NCBI GenBank assembly: GCA_977862235.1
Contig: OZ374559.1
Location: forward strand, 868,001 to 932,000
Length of the DNA stretch: 64,000 bases
Direction: 5' to 3'
Source of the DNA: Dudresnaya verticillata
Lineage: Eukaryota
Notes under the pieces: generated by a model
What the model was told of the DNA's origin: nothing
The model's database searches: none
What the model saw: only the letters and a program-made list of their open reading frames with translations
Shown: positions 1 to 12,194 of the stretch, piece by piece
How positions within the stretch are numbered: position 1 is the first letter of the stretch
How the letters are laid out: each line of letters opens with the position of its first letter
Translations under genes and position numbers: made by a program

Positions 1-32
1 ACAAGTTGACCGCATTCTTTCTTCATCCTTAG

Positions 33-533
33 AATTCTTTGCATTCTTCTATTCGAAAGCAGTTGAGTCTTACAAGGACCGGCTTCAACTTGTGAAACGA
101 CCAAGAGTTCTTCCTGGCATTCGTTTCATCCGCGGCGGGGGTCATTCTCCCGGGCACTGTGCCATTCAGATACAGATAGGCAAAAAGTTTCTCATTGTTT
201 CTGGAGATACTTGGGTTTCAAGGGTAACTTCATCCCCTACACTGATCCTGCTCTCCTAGAATTTGGATAGATGCTAGATTTCTAACAACTCCCTTGCAAT
301 TTTTGTTTACAATATATTATCAGCCTGATCAGCTTCGACACCCTTCTTGGTACTTTCGATATGAGACAAATCACGCCCAAGCCAAAAGGTCTCGAGTCAG
401 GCTTCTGAGGCGTTCTGTGACAAAAAAGGCACTTGTACTTGCGTACCACGAAGCGTTTCCCGGTCTGGGGTACATCAATCGGAAGGGACATGGATACAAG
501 GAGTCATTCGATTGGGTGCCTGTTCATGCTTGA
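33..533 (+). CDS. MBL-fold metallo-hydrolase copy 1 (3' part; exons 33-223 and 324-533; exon 1 lies upstream of the window)
   Basis: Spliced translation gives GHSPGH, SGDTW and AYHEAFPGLG. AG acceptor at 31-32 and GT..AG intron 224-323 with a CTAAC branch point, at the same positions as in copies 2-4. Confidence 0.88.
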
Positions 534-732
534 GATAGTATGCGGGATGGAATCAAACTTTTCGCGTTTAGAGTTAAAGACGTGCAAAAATATTGAAGCT
601 TACTGGGTCGGATCTCCGCTTTTCAAAGCTTTCCCCGCCCAGTTCGATTGACCATTCTCGCATGGGTATGCTGCTTTCGCTAGTTTCTGTCAGCTAGGAG
701 GGCAATCCGCCTTCGAATGCGAACCGGCGTTT

Positions 733-753
733 AGCTGCCTGCGTAGGACCACT
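733..753 (+). repeat. Remnant of the LINE 3'-terminal motif (AGCTGCCTGCGTAGGACCACT)
   Basis: Matches the reverse complement of the LINE terminus at about 51922-51942. Confidence 0.5.
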
Positions 754-2675
754 TCAGAACAATCAGTAAGGATGCAAGGTCGTTTAAGACTCCCAGCGAG
801 ATGTGAATAATATTCGTAGGCCGTAAGGTGGCGTCCGTGCTCTCGCTTTAATTACTAGATCTAGTATTTTCCCCATGCCACTGCATTCCGTTCTTTATTG
901 CACTGAAGCAACGCCTGTAGCCTGAAAACAGAAGTCTCGAGTAGCCATTTGAATATATTCTCATCGTTCTGCTCAAACGATTGATTATTGGATGAGCAGA
1001 ATGGATGCAAAGAGATAAAGGCCAGAATCTTTGAAGGAATGCATACTTGGTCCTGCATATATTATGATGGACTTCTACCGCATTGAAGGTTTTTAAAAGG
1101 ATCCAATACGGGGACCTTTATAGAGAGGAGATAATTATTAAAGGGAAAGCAATTACGACTCCCTCCAATACTCAACAAATTTTGCTAAAACAAGAGTCGA
1201 GAAACATTTCTTGACGATGGAATGGAAAGGAATTGTAGACTACTCTCCAGAGCAAACGCACATGTACACACGGACACCGGCTGGAGCCCGCAATCTCCAT
1301 TGTACATCTAGGGAAAAGCATCCACTGAGCTAATTATTATTATTATAGATGTATTTATTTATGCCAATATGCGGAGAAGAATAAAGAACGATCTTTGGAA
1401 AGACCATGCGCTTTACCCCTAGATGCTACAGTTCTGTAAACTTATTTTTTTCTCGTAGTTGTTTATCAGCCTACACGCACAGGAAACAATCTCTCTGCAT
1501 CTTGCAATGCAGTATGTCTGGAAGCCATTTCTTGGTATGCGTTAAGGCCAAGCTTCCACAACCATAACTGAGGTGGCAGATGGTCAACCTAACTGTCATT
1601 ACAAACACTCTCTACAATGTCCAGTCCCGAGCGCTGTTATTAAACCAACAACTTGGAACAAGAATGTTCTAGCAACTGTTGCGAAAAGTGCATTCACGCA
1701 TACAACGACAGATCTGTAATAGCCAGTTTTTATCGCTCCATCACTGACGCCTATTTGAGAGTCCTGTGCCAATTCAAACGTTGCCCTTTTAAGGAGACTG
1801 TTTGTGTATTATAAACAAACGATCCTGTTTGGACCCCATGGAAACTCTACGGTCATAACGTACAAAGAAAAGACCGAAGTACCCGTACACAGAACCTATA
1901 CGTGAAGGCAAAATGTGATGCTAGGAATCGAAACAGGATTACCACGATATCCAACGATACCCATCTCGCGGGTATCGATGGTACCGCCACACAACCCTTG
2001 AATCAAGGGCTGTGATGCGGTATCTGTGATTGTATCGATGCAAAGACATGAAGGAAATACCCCTACAGCTGCCTGAATATATACGTTGAGAGAGCATGTC
2101 TGCTGGAAACCAGGTATGGTTCAATACATTTTTGTCTTATTCGCTGAAGCCATATTGCAGTTCAATTCCCGAACTTGATATCTTCACAAAATTCATGTTG
2201 CTGCCCTCGTTACCTCACGCCTATTGCGGCTGCATCTATAGGCCAATGGCTCAATACAGCTCTAAATTCCGACTGCCTTTCCCGCCTCCTATAACTACTG
2301 AAACGGGATGTCGATTGCCTTGATGATGACCGTCACCAACAAATACGCATGGACGTGTATGATGATGATGCTGATGCAACAGAACCTGCCTGCCGGCTCC
2401 TCTGTCATTCGACAGTTCAATTGCGAGCCGTCATTCCTCTTCATTTTACTGGCACCGACCCTCTCGTGCTCCTCTCCAAAATACCAAACTTTGCAAGCAG
2501 ACCGGAAGCGCCATTTTCATCGCCCCCTTGAATCAAGGGCCTTGATACCAACCATATCGGTCTTCATTCCATGGTGATGGAAGTTTGAACCCAGATTGGG
2601 ATTCGCTTCGACGACGATGCAAAACGCATTTCCACATTCCTTGCCATGATAATGCCGCTTCCCTCGGGAAGCATA

Positions 2676-3237
2676 TGTCGCTTAACTTGGGCAGGCACTG
2701 CGGACTTCGAGCTAAGTTAATCTGGCCCAGCACTGGCCGGGGATTACAACTGGATGGTCAAGATAGAGTAGCACACACTGTCAATTGTCAATGAATAGTG
2801 CCCGTAGCTGCATTCAATTCTACGTTGGCGTGGAAGGTGAAACTCAGTACGAAATCAGTTCCAACGTCAGCAACAGAGAAAAGAAAATCCAACGGTTATA
2901 AAAAAAGAGCAAACAACCAAACAAAACTTAAGGAACTAGTCTAGCACACGCTAAAGACCGGAGACTGAGCAACGCTTTGCGTTTGCGTTTGCAACTAATG
3001 GAAGACAAGTTCAAGGAACCACGGAACACCCAACTGCTGTCTACGTTTGAATCAACCTCCGCTACCATTGCGATATTTTGATCCGCCCTCAGTCAGCTCT
3101 TTTTAGATCCGTTGCGAGAGTGCAAGCGCTGCAAGAGCTGCACTCGTGCTAACCGAGGCAGCCTTTTTGAGGGCCGTTCATCTCGAACATGTGTGGACCC
3201 TGACGGCTCCAGTGCCGCGAAGGTTTATATTTCGACA
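2676..3237. mobile_element. Solo LTR, family A
   Basis: TGTCG...CGACA termini and 5-bp TSD GCATA (2671-2675 / 3238-3242). Inverted homolog at 16561-17104. Confidence 0.9.
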
Positions 3238-3644
3238 GCATACCGAAATATCCTTCTGACTCCCTTGACCATATTCGTAATCCGATGTGTTGCCGCTGTA
3301 GTCAGCCTACGTAAGTTAGTTGACAGACACCATCTCCATCGCACCCCGTGAGCTCAATTACGGTGTTCACTTCATTACCTTGCCTACTGCTGTCATCGTC
3401 ACTTCGTCATCGTTGTACACCTTCATTATACTGACTAGATTCTAAGCAACCACGTCATGAAAGTTCCCCAACCAACACCGTCAAAATGGCATGGTTACCT
3501 CCCGAGCTGTTTTTGGTTCCGCCTCCGCTCTTCGAAAAACAGAAGAGATAAGAGGCGGGAACGTTGAAGTCTGAGACTATGGACTCAATGTCAACGCGCA
3601 CTTCAGAATATCGCAAACGGTCTTTCCGAAGACAAAACAGAGCA

Positions 3645-4815
3645 ATGAACAGCCTCACCACCTTGGTCCTGATTACAAGTCTTCTTCAATTTTCGCACGC
3701 TACAGACTCAGTATACCATAGGTTTAAGCTTGGGGAGGCAAACGGAACAATCGTTTCCGATGGGCCGGCACTTTTTCTCGAAAACCCTTTTCTTGTCCCC
3801 ACTGAACTCGTTGCAGCTTCTTACAACGCTTCCGGGCGACATTTGGACCCGATATCCCTTCAACAGAATATTCTTTTCATAGATCTTCCCAAAGTCGGTC
3901 GGGTCATGGTCGATGCGGGTTCTAGACGCGATGAACAGTCTGAGACCTCTCCAGAATCCGGTGCTCTATTTGTCAATATGAAAGCTGCTGGCATCTCCCG
4001 AGAATCAGTTGATGTGATCTTGCTCACGCATGTCCATATGGACCATGTCAGTGGGATTCGCGCCATAGGTGGTGGCCGTGCGTTCCCCAATGCCAAAGTC
4101 TACATCAACCGTCGAGAACATATGTTCTGGACAAACCCTCCGCTTGCTCCGAATGCTACAGATTCTGGTTTGAAACCCATTGGTACGTCCGCAGCATTTG
4201 CTTATTTATTACTCTCACGTTCTCTTTATCTGTTCACTGGATGTATGTTGTTGACTAGCTAACCACGATAACATTCGTTGCTTCGTTGCTAATTTCTTAT
4301 TCTAGAGTACTTCTCTCGCAATTACCAATCGGCTATCGAGGCTTACAAAGACCGCCTTTATCTTGTCAGAAGAGGGAATTACAATCCTCTTCCTGGAATC
4401 CGCTTCATCTTCGGACCGGGTCATACCCCTGGGCATTGTGCGATTCAAATTAGGTCTGGAATGAAGCGTCTTATTGTTTCAGGAGATACATGGGTCTCAA
4501 AGGTAGGACTGTTCACAGCGCCCCATCTTTGTATTGCATTTCCGTGTTAATGAAAGCCCTAGAACCAATGCTCACCAACATCCATCACTGTTTTAAATGT
4601 TACAGGAGGACCAACTGCAACATCCAGAATGGCGCTTCAGGTATGAGACAAATCACAAGGCCGCCCGCAGATCTAGGGTGAAACTTCTTCGTCTCGCGGC
4701 CAAGCGAGGATATCTCGTTCTAGCCTACCACGAGGAATTTCCTGGCCTTGGGTACATCAAACAGGAAAGAAGGAACATTAACAGATCGTTTGACTGGATT
4801 CCTGCACAAATCTAA
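3645..4815 (+). CDS. Secreted MBL-fold metallo-hydrolase copy 2 (exons 3645-4182, 4306-4502, 4606-4815)
   Basis: Hydrophobic N-terminus MNSLTTLVLITSLLQFSHA. Motifs THVHMDH (HxHxDH), GHTPGH, SGDTW and AYHEEFPGLG. Two GT-AG introns keep the frame. Confidence 0.92.
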
Positions 4816-6064
4816 GCCTACCCAATGTGTACACCGGTGTTCTTTTATAACAGAAATACTGCACAAATTCTTTCTTCAGAGAGAAGGATAAAATAGCACT
4901 AACAGACTCTGCAATAGCTGATATGTTTCAAAGCAGAACAAGCTGTTGAAGTCAATACTAAAGATTAAAGATAGAGAAAATAAACAAATCTAGTCTTTTC
5001 TAAAGATCTAGAAGAATATTTGTTTGTCATTCCTTCATCCGCATTGGAATTGTTCCCTCAAGCATGAGCAAGTTATATATTAAAATGAGAATGCCTCGAA
5101 TTCAGGTGTATGGATCTCTGAGTAATGCAGGCAATTTGATTGAGTTCTGTGAATACCCACACTTAAAATAAAAATCGAAGTCTGTCCGAGCGATTGACAT
5201 CTTAAAAACCGCAACAGAAACGAATTCCGCTGCCACTGGTTGTGGTTGAGAAAATTCTCGTACTTTTGTTACAATAACACTTTGCGGGCCGGGTCCTTTC
5301 CAAGGTTCCAAAAAGATAGACAGACTGTAGGGGCAATAGAAAGGTACGTGAAAGGTACCGTGCGTGTATCAACACCCGAAATGGATGCACGTTTGCTTCC
5401 TGCTGTCTGCCTGTCATAGTACACGTCCATCTATCCGGAGAACATTACTCTCCTTCGTGCTGGAGAAATCATTGGAGGGTCATAGAAGCGCCGGGTAGCT
5501 GACATATAGGTCATGATATATCCGTGTTTTTGCTTCGGGGATGCCTCTCAACTGTGCCCGTTGGGTTAGCGTAGTACAGAAGATGATGTACAACGCTTCT
5601 GAGGTGGTAACAACGCGAGGAAATCAAATTGGAAGAGTTCCTCTCCCGGCATTTTTTGCAACCTCATCTGAACCGCGCAGCAATGCAACAGAGCAATCAA
5701 CAACCAAAATTCATTTCCTTCACGACAATCTTTCTCGGCCGCCGTTTGCCATTGTTCGACGGTCGTCACATCCTGTTGCTGGGTGTTACGGGAATGCCCT
5801 GCGGTTGGCTCAACGGTGAAGAACAGCATTGCAAGAATTGTATTAAAGCATATGCAGTCATCGGCGGGGGGCGCGAGCCGATTGTTTCCATAGACATCCC
5901 ATTTTAATATCCATTCTGTCAAGATGCGGCGTGCTGCCCTATTGCCATGTTTGCTGTTATATACACAACGCAGTACCAAGGTTTAAGGGGTATTGTGCAA
6001 ACCACGGATGCGAAAAAATGGAAGATGGCGATGGACAATGAATGGATTGCACAGTTCGTTAAGA

Positions 6065-6286
6065 TGATGATGCGGACATTTACGCAATGGCAAACAGAAA
6101 CCCCATTGGGGGCATAAGCAGGAGTAGTCAGGAGAGGAGGCGAATGGTTACGACGGTTAACACTAAGCGACACGCATTGAAGAACTAACCATGTAATGCG
6201 CATATAAAGGGCAAGCTCTTCAGACGCAGGAAAGGTGCACTTCTTGCCGGCAAGGAAGTTTGCCATGCGTTGCTCGCCACGCATTG
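6065..6286 (-). mobile_element. 5'-truncated CRE-like retrotransposon 3' stub
   Basis: Translates QRMANFLAGKK...LVLQCVSLSVNRR, like the C-terminus of 20030-21265. 3' hairpin GCCCCCAATGGGGT. Candidate TSD GTTAAGA (6058-6064 / 6287-6293). Confidence 0.75.
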
Positions 6287-6569
6287 GTTAAGAGGCTGTG
6301 CGTATGGTCTGTTTTTGGGGTGCGGACGAATCGCGAGCGGAAAGGACAGCGTGTGAAGTGGGAGGCTTGTGTAAGTATGACGTGCCGAGGTGCTATCGCG
6401 CATGAAGCACCCTTCCGATTGGAAACTGGAGCTCCAGTTCTCGACAAGGGTGGCTGTTGCAGTAGACGGTGGAAGCTCCACTGCTGCACATTTTGTGTCC
6501 AGGCTCTCACCGTAACGCACATATCCGGTGCAGCAACTAATCATTCCGCCCCTTCCCGTAACCATACTA

Positions 6570-6648
6570 CACCTGGTGTGCCTGCACATGGGCCTTTAAG
6601 TCGCTCGAGCGGGACCACCTAAACTAACCAATAAAAGTTTACTATCAC
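6570..6648 (+). mobile_element. LINE 3'-terminal stub (RWHLGTFP family)
   Basis: Near-identical to 48070-48146 (CCTGGTGTGCCTGCACATGGGCC...GGGACCACC...ATCAC). 5' boundary uncertain. Confidence 0.75.
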
Positions 6649-7475
6649 ATGTAAATGTAAGTGTTTGATTCCTGGTGCCCAATGGTCTTCGTGCCCAACG
6701 CCGCTCAGGCTCTATGTGGAGGCACACTTTAGGGGGTCTGGATTGGGAATTACCGAAGCGTTGCATGGAGACACCCAGATGTACGGAAACTCAATAGTTT
6801 CTTCACGCAATCCTGGAGTACGGGGGAAATTCCTGCAAAGACATCGCCGGTCGATGTTCAATCGCAAAACGGGACTTGATTACGAACCGAAAACGCTTAT
6901 GGTTTAGGCTGCCAGCTGTCTATTCAGTGTGACGGATCGGAATGAACGTGGAGCTTGGTGGAATTGGATATGATTAAAAGCTTCTGCTCAACCTCTTGTC
7001 TTTCTTCGAGTTAAAGCCAACGTCAATTGTTAGGTTCAACGTTTCACTTCTTGTACACACTACAATCACCAGTCTCCCGCGCTCACTCTCTCGGAATCCA
7101 GTAATGCTGGCATTCCAGTTTCAGACGCTGTGGCTCACATTGCCGAAGCACTCAATTGAGACGAAGGTGAATGTTTCTTCGCAACAGCAAACGGTACTGT
7201 CGCCGTGGATTCGAACGCTGCTGCCACGCCCCAAATAGGCAGAGGCGACACAAGAAAACCAGGAAATCTGTGTTGTCGGTATACGTAATGCGTGCCCCAC
7301 GGAAGTGAACAGCTGGAACCCGACCTGCGCAGTATTGCTAAGGGCAATAACCACGTTTCCATGTTACGGCAAAGCAAGAACCAATTCCCGGTTCTACCTG
7401 GAACCAACAACCGTCATTACCAGGATCGACTTCTAGGGCAATATGTAAATGGTGGTAATTACTAATGGTACCCTT

Positions 7476-7540
7476 GTGATGTTGTTCTTTAATAATCTAA
7501 TTGTTGTTTTAAGTGGTCCTACTTGTGGATCGACGAATCC
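7476..7540 (-). mobile_element. LINE 3'-terminal stub
   Basis: Reverse complement ends TAGGACCAC...TTAAAGAACAACATCAC, as at 30595 and 51894. Confidence 0.65.
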
Positions 7541-7742
7541 TCCCCTGCCCAGGGCTCTGGCAGCCTGAGAACAATCGACAGAGAGGAAAAGGATTATTTA
7601 TTGTTGGCAGTTCCCTTTCATTTCAGTCACTCTACACTGCAACAGATGTGCTCGCTTCTTCAATCACGTCATATTTAGGTTCTCAATTACCATCTATAGT
7701 ATTTAGAAGCTCTTTCTATTTTTTGTGAGACGTTTAGCCGTA

Positions 7743-7795
7743 CAGTAGTAGTAGCAGTAGTAGTAGCAGTAGTAGTAGTAGTAGTAGTGATGATG
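7743..7795. repeat. Imperfect (AGT)n microsatellite
   Basis: Direct run of AGT triplets with AGC and GAT variants. Confidence 0.9.
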
Positions 7796-9877
7796 AGGGT
7801 ACAACATTCTGAAGTTTTGATATGCCTTCTTTAAACCATGAACATGGGATAAATACCGAGTTCAGACATACCGATCCAATGCCGGTGCTTGTAACATTAT
7901 CTACATGCTGTATCAATCACTTCTATTTGTACGCATATAACAATATATAAAGGTTCTCTGTCCACTTGTATGTCTGTGCTACGCACTTTATTGTTTATTT
8001 CATTTGAATAGACTGGGCATGATCCCGTATGAAACACTTTCAACAACCTACTCTTTCTCCACTACTAAAACAACCCAAACATAAGCCCCGAAAACATGTC
8101 CATGATGCGCTCGCAGAGGTATCGTGATCGCCTGACAAGGTCTACCCGAAGCAAGCAGTAAAGTTATGTAAGAAAAGGGTATGGTAGCAAGTTGAGAGTG
8201 GTAGCGATAGCTGTCAACAGTGTCTTGTAGAGCAAAGTTTATAAAAGGGTAACGAATCAACAGGTAAAGCAAGAACCCGATAACCATGTGCGGGTAACTG
8301 TAGCTGTCGCTTTCTCTCTCAGTAGGAACAATGGATGCTTATATGGGCAAGTCAGCAGTAGTTCCATCAGTTAGTAACAAGAGACTGAGCATAGGACTGT
8401 ATCGATTAGTCTGATAAATCGATGTGTAACAAACACGTCGATACGATAATATATCAGCATCCAACTGTGCCCTGCATGTTACATAAAAAAATATCATACA
8501 CTTGCCGATTCTGTTCTCGCCTGCCGTTGAGACGAAGCAAGTGTCGGAGAAAAAAGAACCACAAAGACAAGAAACCATGACACATGCACAGCATTAAACT
8601 TTGTGTATGGCATTCCGAACCCTGCACACTCCTTCCTGCTCTCAGCGTTCTCGCGCACACCGCAATACAGTATGTGAGAGCGTCTTTAAGGTGGGGGTGG
8701 AGAACAGAAAATGGATTTCCATATTGTCGAGGGTCTGATGCAAGCAGAAGGATAGAGTGAAATTACACTCTACGAGAAGGTTTAAAGCGCACAGCATCGG
8801 CAGCGACTGCCTATGAGGCAGCACACTGCGACGCATTGCTACTGCACGGGAGCGGCGGAGGCGGGAGCGTCGTGCGTGTTGCGGAAGCCACCTCGGCGGA
8901 TGTGCGCAACGCCATGAGGGATTGTATCGGTGCTAGCAATTCATGAGAATGTCGCCACTCACAACAAGTTCCGTACTGTATGATACTGTACCCCGCTCCG
9001 CTCGCCGAGTGGTTGTTCAATGGCAGACCGCACATTTTCTCGCTGCTGATTGGCGCTGCAGCTGCCTGCGTGACACTGCGCTCTCCGCAGTGACAGCAGC
9101 CTCATGAAGCGCGGCAAATGCGCCTGGAGTTGCCCGATTTGCCGTTGCGTATCTGCAATCATGTGCTTCTCTCATGTGCTTGAAATGGAGCAACGGCCTC
9201 TCAGCCGTCCAGTCTGTCTCCGCGTCCCGCCGCAGCCCAATGCGCGCCCGACGCGCCGGTCTCAGTTGCGCTTCGGAGCTCGCGCCCAACCGCATCGGCA
9301 CCAACCAATCAACTCGCCCGGGACAAACGCAGTGGGCCAAGTGGACCAACCCGCGCTGAGAAGCGGCGTCGCCACTTCGTGGACGTCACTCCCATTGGCC
9401 GATATCGTCGCGCCAGCCACTAACGCCCGCGCGTGGGCGGAGGTGAAGTCGCAATCAGCAGCGAACAACCACTTGCAATCGCTCCCTCCAACACAGCGCT
9501 TCGGCTCGCTGTCCTGACCTTAGATCACTCCGCCCTGCGATGTCCAGCAAAACAATACGCGCCGGTCACGGAAACCCATCCGCGGAACGCGTAGTTCAGA
9601 AGATGACGCCATCATATCGCACTGCATATCACCTGCTTCTCATTTGCTAAACTCTCGTTCTCACCAAAGCCTCACTTGGCACAACGCAAGTTGAGTTGCT
9701 TCACACTTCAAACCCTTCCGGTACGCTTTGTTAAAAGAGTCTTATCCGATGACGAGGAAACTGCCCCACAGACCGTCTATGCCGCACTTTCTCGTGACAG
9801 ACCCTCACAACGCCTGTTCATGTTCGCGTGTGATGTACTTTGTGCTTAGAATGAAAATTGCAACCAAACCCCACCTC

Positions 9878-10043
9878 CTTAGCAGCAATACAACCCGAGC
9901 GGAAAAGGCCTATATATATGCAGTCTTTGCTTGCAGTACCAGTCCCAGTCTCAGTCCCTCCTTAGCAGCAATACAACCCGAGCGGAAAAGGCCTATATAT
10001 ATGCAGTCTTTGCTTGCAGTACCAGTCCCAGTCTCAGTCCCTC
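9878..10043 (+). promoter_or_regulatory. 83-bp tandem duplication containing a TATATATA box, upstream of MBL copy 3
   Basis: CTTAGCAGCAATACAACCCGAGC...CAGTCCCTC occurs at 9878 and 9961, ending about 50 bp before the ATG at 10095. The promoter role is inferred. Confidence 0.7.
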
Positions 10044-10094
10044 CCCCTCCCCCAAGCCCTCAACAACAACCCGTCACAACAACCCGTCACAACC

Positions 10095-11255
10095 ATGAAC
10101 CGCCTTCCGGCCGCCGTCCTGCTCGCCCATCTGCTCCTCCTCTGCATGGCAGCCGAGAGTCCCGCCTTCCACAAATTCCGCTACGGAGGCGTCTCCGCCA
10201 CCGTAGTCTCAGACGGCCCAGTTTTCTTTCACGACAACCCTTTCTCAGTTCCGGAACAAGCCGTGAAAAAGGCCTACCGCAACTTGAAACGCAGCGTGGA
10301 TCCCATCACGCTCCAGCAAAACGTCCTCTTCATCGACCTCCCGCGCGTCGGCCGCGTCATGATTGACACCGGTTCGCGTGCCGACGAGCCCTCCCCGTTC
10401 TCGCCGGAATCCGGCCAGCTCTTCGAGAACATGAAGCGTGCCGGCATTGCTCCCAATTCCGTCGACCACATCTTGCTCACGCATGGCCACCTTGACCACG
10501 TCAATGGCCTTCGCGCCATCGGTGGCGGCCGCGCTTTTCCGAACGCCCAGGTTTACATCAGCCGCCGCGAGCACATGTTCTGGACCAACCCACTAATGAC
10601 CCCGAATGCAACCGACTCAAGCCCAGAAGCACTTCGTAAGTACCAGCGTATGCGTTTCACCAGAAAAGCAGTCTTGTGTGCTTCTGTGAATGTTTCTTTT
10701 CTCGGCTAACCGCTGTTCATTCCTTTGGCCTTTCTTACTGCTGTACTTAAGAATTCTTTGCATTCTCCTATTTGAACGCAATCGATTCCTATAAGGATCG
10801 CCTTCACCTCGTTGGGAAACAGTCAAGAGTTCTTCCTGGCATTCGCTTCATCCATGGCCCTGGCCACTCTCCGGGGCACTGTGCAATCCAAATTCGACTA
10901 GGCAACAAATACCTCATTGTGTCCGGAGACACCTGGGTTTCAGCGGTAAGCTTTCTTGCTTCGGCAACAGCGTCCCTGCTCTCTTGATGATGGCAAATAT
11001 CTAACCGTCTTTACCCCGTTTCAAATTGCAACTTTCCTTCCAAAGCCGGACCAGTTGCGTCACCCATCTTGGGGCTTCGAGTATGAATCAAATCACATCC
11101 AAGCGGTAAAATCTCGCATCCGACTTCTCAGCCGATCAGAGAAGAAAACGGCCCTAGTCCTAGCCTACCACGAGGAGTTCCCCGGTTTAGGATATATTAA
11201 GAAGAAGAAGAATCCATACCGGAAAAACTTCGAATGGGTACCGGCTCGAGTTTGA
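10095..11255 (+). CDS. Secreted MBL-fold metallo-hydrolase copy 3 (exons 10095-10635, 10752-10945, 11046-11255)
   Basis: Signal-like MNRLPAAVLLAHLLLLCMA. Motifs THGHLDH, GHSPGH, SGDTW and AYHEEFPGLG. GTAAGT and GTAAGC donors at the conserved positions. Confidence 0.92.
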
Positions 11256-12194
11256 TGTTTATACATTAACTGATGGAACAAGTCGCTTTCTGAGATAGTA
11301 TATAGGCATTCTGTAGCTTTCAGCTACTTCTCTTGAAGGGAAAAGGAACTGGAAAGTTCTGACCGGATACTGTCTTTGAAGCATAGAGGGAACTAACAAA
11401 CGCAGTCCCATTAACTTGAGATAACACAAGGACAATTTAACTTGTAAGACAAGTACTAGTAGTGCAACACTCAAAGAAGAATATGTGAATTTAGTTATGT
11501 CATCTACTGATTCCTGCCCCTAATTCTATAACTTGTAAAGAAAGGGGGGTTTATCCTTTCCAAAGGCAGCACCTTTTAAAGTTCTGCTTTAACATATATT
11601 CAACCGTGTAGATGTTTTGCAGTCCTAATCGTTGAAGTTATTTGGATTCATAAAATCGTGTTGTGCTCAAATTGCAGGTCCAGTATTTTCAACTCTTCAC
11701 AAAGCGCTCCTTTTGGGTTCGAGCGAAAGCATAAATTTATCGCCGAGAGATATATTCTGGAGAGAGGACTTTATTGAAAGAGAAACTAATCCCCGAGTCT
11801 GGGGCTAAGCATATGTAGACCTATCAGTGGTATCGAGTAGCTTGCGATGATTGACTGCTACTGCAACACGTTGCAGAACTAGCAAAGTAAGGCGAGTGAG
11901 AAAGATGAGTTTTTCAGTGCAGAAGATGTACCATTTCGAATAGCCAAGCAACTGGAAATGCGGTGAAGTGAAGAAACCAATGCAATAAAATCATAAGACT
12001 AGGCACTTTTGTCAATCTGAGGTATGCAATAAGCTCCTTGAATGAACTTAAAATTATTGCACTGCCCAGAGGGATGCTGTAGGGTGTTTTTATGACGCGT
12101 ACCTCTGAGCACTTCGGTTAATAGCAATGCATCAGTTAAACGTAAGTCTTAGAAATTGTGCAAGAATGACAACATGTGAATGCATCTCCACTAC

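Noticed and set aside
7734..7916. Poly-Leu ORF
   Set aside because: It is the translation of the (AGT)n microsatellite.
8640..9540. GC-rich stretch with several overlapping short ORFs
   Set aside because: No recognisable motif, terminus or repeat partner in the window.
9728..10366. 212-aa ORF and the upstream extension of the 10014 ORF
   Set aside because: Alternate frame and promoter repeat over MBL copy 3. The paralog-supported start is 10095.
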